From NCBI GenBank assembly GCA_034189385.1, contig JAXHVD010000028.1, forward strand, positions 1-54,920: 54,920 nucleotides of DNA, in the 5' to 3' direction. Position 1 is the stretch's first letter, and every line of letters starts with the position of its first letter. The stretch is from Thermodesulfobacteriota bacterium (GTDB lineage: Bacteria; Desulfobacterota; Desulfobacteria; Desulfobacterales; C00003060). Below the pieces are notes generated by a model, which was not told the origin of the DNA, made no database searches, and was given only the letters and a program-made list of their open reading frames with translations. This document shows, piece by piece, positions 1 through 6,028 of the stretch. A program made the translations under genes and the position numbers.

Positions 1-121
1 GAGGTCTACTTCGCCCTTCCTCATCCGTTCAAGGAGGCTGCCTGAGGCCTGGTTCTCTAACGCTGGCGGCTCAGAGCTTATTCTGCCTCTCAGGCTGTCC
101 AACTAATTGGGTCCATCGCCA
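1..121 (+). mobile_element. Right end of an IS3-family insertion sequence (transposase C-terminus EVYFALPHPFKEAA* at 1-45 plus terminal inverted repeat ending ...CA at 121)
   Basis: Frame 1 reads EVYFALPHPFKEAA-stop, like an IS3 OrfB tail. The reverse complement of ~95-121, TGGCGATGGACCCAATTAGTTGGACAG, resembles IS3-family IRs (TG...GGACCC....GTTGGACA). Confidence 0.7.
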
Positions 122-122
122 G

Positions 123-364
123 GGTGATTGCTGGGATAATGCTCCAACCGAACGCTTTTTCCGCAGCATAAAACATGAATATCTATTGTCATGCAGACCT
201 GCCACCAGGCAGGCCGCCAAAAGAGAGTCCTTGGAGTATATTACGTTCTACAATGCCTATCGGCTCCACTCCTCGTTGGGCTATCTGAGCCCCATGGAGT
301 TTGAACGAACCAAACAACTGAAAGCTGCTTGATAATTCGTGTCCGTTTTCATTTGACCATTACA
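123..364 (+). mobile_element. IS3-family transposase OrfB C-terminal fragment and right IR, interrupted by the element at 1-121
   Basis: 123-332 translates GDCWDNAPTERFFRSIKHEY...LEYITFYNAYRLHSSLGYLSPMEFE...AA*, the IS3 DDE C-terminal motifs. It is followed by GTGTCCGTTTTCATTTGACCATTACA, ending in CA at 364. Confidence 0.88.
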
Positions 365-498
365 CTTCTCCCTCGTCCAAGTCCGCTAATAGGCAGCCCG
401 CTCCGATCTTTCTTGCTTGTCTCGCTCATAGGCTAGCTTGTCTGAACTTATCTTCTTCAGTACTTGGAAATGTGTTCTTTAAGAAGCTTTGTGTTCAT
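365..498 (-). pseudogene. Degraded 5' gene fragment cut by the IS3 end
   Basis: ATG at 498, then MNTKLLKEHISKY, a frameshift, KKISSDKLAYERDKQERSERAAY*RTWTREK, ending exactly at the IS3 IR (364). Confidence 0.35.
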
Positions 499-578
499 AA
501 GCGGTCCGATCCTTATTAGTGCTCATATCACCTTACGTCGTTGCGATCCGCTGAGCCCAAACAGCGAATAGTTAATAT

Positions 579-1337
579 TTAAGATGCGACCCCTGGACCC
601 CTCCGGTGGACAGTATTTGAGCGCACTTGGTAGTAATACCGAAGTGATTTCTCTGGATCACTTGGATCAAGCGTGTACTTGTCTTTTGGATCAATTGTGC
701 TGAACACCTCTCTCTTGTCCTTGTCTTGGACTATTCTCTGTAAGGCATCTGCAAAGCATTTTTCCTTGGCAATATTGAGCACCTTTTGGGTGGGTTCCTG
801 TTTGAGGCTGTACTTCAAGCCTGCATATCTCTCAATGGCAGACCAAAGCAACGTGTAGGCCATTTGTAGGCGGAGCAGAGCTCTATACTCCCCGTCGAAG
901 CTTATGTTTTCTCTCAGCATCTTTTCTACTTCCTCCAGACCCTCTTTGAAAAAGGGGTCAGTCTGCCCATCCCATTCATCAAAATGTTCAAGGTCGAAAC
1001 TACCACGGTTCGCTCGCCTCCCAACAAGTACATTAGCGTCTGAATTACTTACTTTAATAACCCCCCAGCTATATACTCTATCAGGCTCAATAAGCATTAT
1101 ACGGTCATATGCCTCATCTTCTTTCCCGGGGCGGAACCGAATTAAGTACCCTTTAATTCTGGAATAATTGTTTCCCAATACCAGAAGAGGTATTCCGTCT
1201 CTTTCCTTTAGAAAGCCGCCAACTGTACATTCCAAGGTTTCCTCCACTAGGTCGCGTATGCGAAAAAAGCACAATTGTCCAGGTTTGAAAATGCCGTAAG
1301 CAAAAAAAGGCAAAGCGATATTATTGGGGCGCTTCAT
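579..1337 (-). CDS. Gamma-glutamylcyclotransferase-like domain fused to a HEPN-like domain; probably truncated at the C-terminus
   Basis: N-terminal FFAYGIFKPG resembles the GGCT F-x-Y-G loop. The C-terminal half has YTLLWSAIERY and RSNTVH (R-x4-H HEPN motif). The ORF ends 8 codons later in unrelated sequence. Start taken at MKRPNN (1337); the ORF track opens at 1361. Confidence 0.6.
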   Translation of the reverse strand: MKRPNNIALPFFAYGIFKPGQLCFFRIRDLVEETLECTVGGFLKERDGIPLLVLGNNYSRIKGYLIRFRPGKEDEAYDRIMLIEPDRVYSWGVIKVSNSDANVLVGRRANRGSFDLEHFDEWDGQTDPFFKEGLEEVEKMLRENISFDGEYRALLRLQMAYTLLWSAIERYAGLKYSLKQEPTQKVLNIAKEKCFADALQRIVQDKDKREVFSTIDPKDKYTLDPSDPEKSLRYYYQVRSNTVHRRGPGVAS

Positions 1338-1749
1338 CGTCGCAAAATCCTTTCGCTGCATTTAGAACTTCAAGAAGCAACCCCTTGGGGTCTTGGGGTC
1401 CTTCATTATTCGCGAGGGAGTCGATAGCTGACTGGGCAAGTAGACCATAAAAATCATATTTGGATACGTAATCGATCTGATCAGAAAAGAGGTCCTTTAA
1501 CTGATGGAAGAGCCAGCTCAATTCCTTGGAATGTTCAGTAATAACGGCCCTTCGTGTTGCTTTAGTGTTCTGGAAACTGGCTACCAATGGCTGGCCACCA
1601 AGCCACTTCTTCGTATCTGTATCCATTCTCCTTTTAATTAGCACATCAGCGCCAGCCCATTCCTTTACTGATCTTGATTCCATGGAAATATCAGTATTCT
1701 CGATTCTGTTTTTCAGCTTCTTCATCTGCCTCGCTAAGTCATGTTTCAT
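1321..1749 (-). CDS. Hypothetical protein (~142 aa)
   Basis: ATG at 1749 with GAGGG upstream; overlaps the start of the GGCT-HEPN gene. No recognisable motif. Confidence 0.6.
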   Translation of the reverse strand: MKHDLARQMKKLKNRIENTDISMESRSVKEWAGADVLIKRRMDTDTKKWLGGQPLVASFQNTKATRRAVITEHSKELSWLFHQLKDLFSDQIDYVSKYDFYGLLAQSAIDSLANNEGPQDPKGLLLEVLNAAKGFCDDEAPQ

Positions 1750-1757
1750 CTCATCCC

Positions 1758-2023
1758 TCACGTTTCGGCGTTGACAATACACAATAAGGTCTGCGTGCTT
1801 TTCAGCAATCCTTCGTTTTTGTAGTTTTGAGCCCCACAGTCCACACATTGCCAGATGGGAGCATGGTCAGCGACAACACATCCACCCAGGACGATTTTTC
1901 CGGCATGAAGGTCTCTTTCGAGCCTGGCATCCATGGACGGCACACCATAGGGATTTCCGCAATGGGCCATGAGGCGCATTTTGAGCATTTATCTGGTTTC
2001 TTATTGGGCCTGATCGTGTTCAT
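1758..2023 (-). pseudogene. Small Cys-rich Zn-ribbon protein, frameshifted (copy 1)
   Basis: MNTIRPNKKPDKCSKCASWPIAEI, then a 1-nt deletion near 1951, then YGVPSMDARLERDLHAGKIVLGGCVVADHAPIWQCVDCG. The two halves lie in two different ORF-track frames. Confidence 0.7.
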
Positions 2024-2211
2024 CAAGAAAGAGGCCTGAAACATTTCAACCTTACAACAGCTTCCCCAAGATTTCCCTCGTCCATGTCAGATCCGAATGC
2101 AAAGTAATGTTCGATTTCCATCCCTCGCTTTCTATTCAATGACGGAGATGGTAGGCGCGACCCCGTTCTGTTTCCTTACACAGGCCAGCGCCTTACGAGA
2201 TATTTACTTAT

Positions 2212-2364
2212 TTACGGACGTCCCCATTCGTCCCCCTCAACGACGTGTCCATTCGGCTCACGAACGAGAATGCAACCCTCGGGGGTAATTTCGGGGAGAA
2301 TCACAGACTGGAATATGCCTGCAACATGGAAAGCGAGGTTCTCGACTTCAACTTTGTTCAGCAT
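2212..2364 (-). CDS. Short or truncated ORF (50 aa) starting right after the attC core site
   Basis: GTTGGGT-GAAAGGA-AATTAA-ATG (core site, RBS, ATG); MLNKVEVENLAFHVAGIFQSVILPEITPEGCILVREPNGHVVEGDEWGRP*. Confidence 0.45.
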   Translation of the reverse strand: MLNKVEVENLAFHVAGIFQSVILPEITPEGCILVREPNGHVVEGDEWGRP

Positions 2365-2377
2365 TTAATTTCCTTTC

Positions 2378-2447
2378 ACCCAACGTGGCCATCACCGGCG
2401 GAAGTGGAACGCACCGGAATTCCGCCTGTGTGATGGCCTTGTTAGCA
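2378..2447 (-). other. attC: Integron attC recombination site (70 bp)
   Basis: Minus strand: R'' TGCTAAC, 5 nt, L'' CATCACAC ... L' GGTGATG, 5 nt, R' GTTGGGT. Arms CATCAC[A]C[A]GGCGGAA and TTCCGCCGGTGATG pair with two extrahelical bases. Only 5 nt separate it from the AIPR stop. Confidence 0.8.
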
Positions 2448-2452
2448 TATCC

Positions 2453-4150
2453 CTATTGTTGTATGTGCTTCCTTAGAGCAGCCGTGAATGGCTCCGTCCG
2501 GATGTTATCCCGATGGAGATTACCAGCCGCAACGGCCCGAACACAAGCTTCCGCCTCCTCGAATAGAGCTTTGGCCCGAGCATCATCCCACAGTACCTCC
2601 ATCAGACCCTCTCCGTACCGCCGCATTTCATGTGAGTTCATCGTGGGCAGCGGATCTGTCGAGTAGAGAAGGCGGGACGCGAACAGCAAGTGATAGCGGG
2701 CGGCCTTGAGTTCTGCCGCCATTTGCTGGTTCCTGAAGAGAAACTCCAACCGATAGTGTGCATAGCCGGCAACGTAGTAGGGCTCGAGGCGGTGGCTCGG
2801 GTTGAAGATATCCGTGCCGACAGTTTTGAGCAGGGCTTTGTAGTTTTTTGTCGTCCGATGGGGCATCTCAAGGAACATTGACGCGAAGGCTCGGACCAAA
2901 GCCCGCATGTCCAGAACGCGAACTTTCTCGATACCATCAACTGCGTTGTATTGCCGTGATCTACGCTCATAGTACAGCTTTTTCCTGCCAACGAAGGTTG
3001 GGAAAAAAGCCTCTAGATTCTTGGGAAAATCAGACAAGGCAAAGAGTTGATCTTCTGTGACCTGTGTCTGGCGATTGGTCGCCTTGATAATCGCATTGCG
3101 GATGTCCACGTCTTCCGTCGCGATTAGGCGTATCGGAACAGCGACATCGTCCAGTTCATTACCTTTTTCGTGCAGAACATAGCTTGTTTGACAACCGTTC
3201 ACGACCGTATAGTCCTCGACCACGAACTTGTTGGCCGTCGGTGCGACTCGCTTCGCGACGATCGTCACCCCGTTGTTCATCAGCGGAAAGTAGATCCGTC
3301 GTTCAGGATCATCAAGGGTTTCCTTCATTTCCTTATTCACGGGGTTCCATTCCTGCCAGTGACGAACATTGTCGTAGAAAAGCGTCGTCAGTACCTCCTG
3401 ATTCTCGTTCTCAATTAGCTTCATGAACTCCCTAGCCGGAAGAACTCCAATATATGCCTGCTCTACGCCAGGCAAGTCAGGAAGAACAGTACGATCGGTA
3501 AATGTGATTTCGGTGCAGATCGCATTCTTGGAATGGCGATAAAGCCCTTGCAGTTCCTCTGCCCCCAAGCAGACAAATCTGACCTTCCTAAAGAGACCGA
3601 GGTCTTCTACATCACGGGCGACGGCATCCCTCCGTGCGGTGAGGTTCTGATCGTCACTCCACCTTCCCGTGGTTGTGTAGTAGAGGAAGCACTGGGGATT
3701 GCCCTTTGTGAATCTGGCGCTCCGGTCGAATATCTCGTTGACTATGCGGTATGCCAACTGCACATCGTCGTTCTGCGGCAGTGAGGGTGACTCAGACAGA
3801 AAATCGGCGACACCGAAGCCGAACTGTCCAATCTTCGCGGTCTCGAATGAAGAGGACCTCTCTGCTTGAACGAAGACCAATGTCACGTCGAGGTACCCAT
3901 TTGTCTGCTCGAGATCTTCGATTTCCTCTGGATCGGTGACCAGGCAGCCGTTGACTATTACCGTGATGCAGTCTATTCCGCAGTCTCCGCCAGCGCCAAC
4001 CGATATGTCCTCACTCGAGAAAGATTCAGAGAAATGGCTTGCGGTAACGAGAAAGCCGCAAAAATGCTCAAAGGCTGTTTCCTCTGGGAGGGTGCCGAGG
4101 CTGTTGTCATTAACAAACTCGTCGAGGAGAGATTTCGTTATTCTATCCAT
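2453..4150 (-). CDS. AIPR family (abortive infection phage resistance) protein
   Basis: Motifs LFYDNVR, MNNGVTIVA, VVNGCQTS and IIKATNRQT; N-terminal GGDCGID motif; 565 aa. Confidence 0.88.
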   Translation of the reverse strand: MDRITKSLLDEFVNDNSLGTLPEETAFEHFCGFLVTASHFSESFSSEDISVGAGGDCGIDCITVIVNGCLVTDPEEIEDLEQTNGYLDVTLVFVQAERSSSFETAKIGQFGFGVADFLSESPSLPQNDDVQLAYRIVNEIFDRSARFTKGNPQCFLYYTTTGRWSDDQNLTARRDAVARDVEDLGLFRKVRFVCLGAEELQGLYRHSKNAICTEITFTDRTVLPDLPGVEQAYIGVLPAREFMKLIENENQEVLTTLFYDNVRHWQEWNPVNKEMKETLDDPERRIYFPLMNNGVTIVAKRVAPTANKFVVEDYTVVNGCQTSYVLHEKGNELDDVAVPIRLIATEDVDIRNAIIKATNRQTQVTEDQLFALSDFPKNLEAFFPTFVGRKKLYYERRSRQYNAVDGIEKVRVLDMRALVRAFASMFLEMPHRTTKNYKALLKTVGTDIFNPSHRLEPYYVAGYAHYRLEFLFRNQQMAAELKAARYHLLFASRLLYSTDPLPTMNSHEMRRYGEGLMEVLWDDARAKALFEEAEACVRAVAAGNLHRDNIRTEPFTAALRKHIQQ

Positions 4151-4329
4151 TTGACCTAGTCCTTCATATTCATCGCGAATTTTGAAATAGGCTGGCTAAA
4201 CACAGATATAAGCAGCCAGTGTGAAAAATATTGTTGACAAGAATGACACATAGCTCAGCTCCAAAGAAGGGTCTTGGCGGTGTTTAATGGGCGCTGGGGA
4301 AAAAACTGTCTACCTAGCGTATCCCTTGC

Positions 4330-4989
4330 TCACGTATGCGGACGACCTTGTCGGATGAACTTGTCCACTCGCTTGATAAGCGAGTCCAGATATGCTCCCA
4401 CCATGCTGACTCCTTCTAGTTCAAGCCTTAATAACTCAAAACTCCTGTAAAGATCATCATAAAAGGGTTTCAACTGATCCTCAGAGTGCCCAAGAACCCT
4501 CCCAGCTTCCGGAGGTAGAGTATTCCTCAACCATCGGTCCCATATTTCCACAAATTCAACCAGGGCGCCGAAGTATTGAAGGGTTGATGCCTTGGCCAGT
4601 CCCATGTTGGAAGCAAAATGGTTAACCATTTCCCTATAGAGAGGCATAATTTCTTCGACAAATTGCCGGTTGCTGTCTTCTATTACTTTTTCAAAATCGG
4701 GAAAACGCTGTTCCGTCTGCCTTAGGGACTCACTGTCACGCACCGCGCTAAGACGAGATCTGCTTACGAGTTCCCCCCACGCTTTACTAGTCGCACCTTC
4801 CACCTTCAGACGCACCTCGCTCTTGGCCAATATTTGCGCACGCAATCCGAGTAGATGACCATAGAAATTGTCAAGTTGTTCTCGAATCCGACGATGAACC
4901 CGCTCTTTACGTTGATTTTGGGCCGAAATGTAGCCTCCAATTACAACACCTAGCAGCCCTGAAAGCGCAGAAATGATAGCATACCCCAT
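4330..4989 (-). CDS. Hypothetical protein with N-terminal transmembrane helix
   Basis: MGYAIISALSGLLGVVIGGYIS hydrophobic segment, then a basic stretch and a helical soluble domain. The ORF track opens at 5004. Confidence 0.7.
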   Translation of the reverse strand: MGYAIISALSGLLGVVIGGYISAQNQRKERVHRRIREQLDNFYGHLLGLRAQILAKSEVRLKVEGATSKAWGELVSRSRLSAVRDSESLRQTEQRFPDFEKVIEDSNRQFVEEIMPLYREMVNHFASNMGLAKASTLQYFGALVEFVEIWDRWLRNTLPPEAGRVLGHSEDQLKPFYDDLYRSFELLRLELEGVSMVGAYLDSLIKRVDKFIRQGRPHT

Positions 4990-5109
4990 GTCAAAGGCTC
5001 CCAAGATACACGTTCATTTGCATTATGGCATGCAATATCGGATTCAATCTGTGATCAACCTCCTTGTACTACGAAAAACTAGATTCTTAAGAACCGGCTT
5101 GTCAATACC

Positions 5110-5315
5110 TTGCCAAGACCATGCCGAAGCCCGTCCATCAAAAATCTAAGATACTTGAAGATTATCCGCCAGGGAAACTCGGAAACCGGTCGAACCAGGT
5201 GTTTGATTGCCTGCCCTTATCAGGGTCGGTCCCCGCAATCCACCCCGAGCGGACAACTTGCCAAGAGCACGCCGAAAACCGTTGCTCAAAAATCAAAGAT
5301 ATTCGACGATTATCC
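5110..5315. repeat. Imperfect 58-bp direct repeat pair (5110-5167 and 5258-5315)
   Basis: TTGCCAAGACCATGCCGAAGCCCGTCCATCAAAAATCTAAGATACTTGAAGATTATCC aligns without gaps to TTGCCAAGAGCACGCCGAAAACCGTTGCTCAAAAATCAAAGATATTCGACGATTATCC. Confidence 0.8.
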
Positions 5316-5528
5316 CAACGCCGGGCAGAACACAGATTGCCTGTCCCAACCTACACATTGCCATGTAGGAGAATTGTCAGTGACAACGCATCCGCCAAGG
5401 ACAATTCTTCCTGCCTCAAGGTCTCTTTCGAGTCTGGCACTATAGGCATGCTCGCCATAGAGAATTCCGGCAATACGCTATGACCCACACTCCGGGCCTT
5501 TGTGGGGTTTCTTCCTCGCCTTGTGCAT
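5310..5528 (-). pseudogene. Small Zn-ribbon protein with an in-frame stop (copy 2)
   Basis: MHKARKKPHKGPECGS*RIAGILYGEHAYSARLERDLEAGRIVLGGCVVTDNSPTWQCVGW... is clearly homologous to 1758-2023. Absent from the ORF track. Confidence 0.75.
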
Positions 5529-5605
5529 GTTCAGCGCAACGGTCTCTTGTGCATGGTGAAACAGCTCGCTCTTCCTTGACGGAACTCTCAGTCAGTTCCC
5601 CATGC

Positions 5606-6028
5606 TCACTCGAAAAGCTCTGGATAACTCAGCTGTAGGCGACGCCAAAACTCACAAAACGATTCTGCATCGAGCTCTCCCTTCAGCCTGGCTGCTTGCA
5701 AGATTTCCTCTTCATTCCAAATATTTCTCAGCGGCTTGTTAAGAAGTTTTACAGCTAACGCGCAGATCGCTCCCCCCACCCCGCTTTGTCTAGAGTTGGG
5801 TTCCACCCAGATATTTTGGATATCTGCGTTCCTGTCACCGCCTTCGAAATTAGCATATCCAATGTGATTGCCTGCTAATGTCACCCTAATAGTCAATTCA
5901 TCATCTTCTGTCTGATACCAGAGTTCGAACCCAGCCTCAATAACTCTTGTGAGAGCTGAGTGGGGGCTGTTTTCGATGGTATCTGATGCGGCCACAAATT
6001 TGTCGTCAGTTGGCATTGAATCTCTCAT
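5606..6028 (-). CDS. GNAT-fold acetyltransferase-like protein
   Basis: HIGYANF strand and IQNIWVEPNSRQSGVGGAI (acetyl-CoA-binding motif A, R-x-x-G-x-G). The start overlaps the stop of the upstream large gene; alternative start at 6016. Confidence 0.65.
   Translation of the reverse strand: MRDSMPTDDKFVAASDTIENSPHSALTRVIEAGFELWYQTEDDELTIRVTLAGNHIGYANFEGGDRNADIQNIWVEPNSRQSGVGGAICALAVKLLNKPLRNIWNEEEILQAARLKGELDAESFCEFWRRLQLSYPELFE

Noticed and set aside
4195..4288. Second attC upstream of AIPR (TAAACAC...GTGTTTA)
   Set aside because: No proper AAC/GTT core spacing, and the internal arms do not pair.
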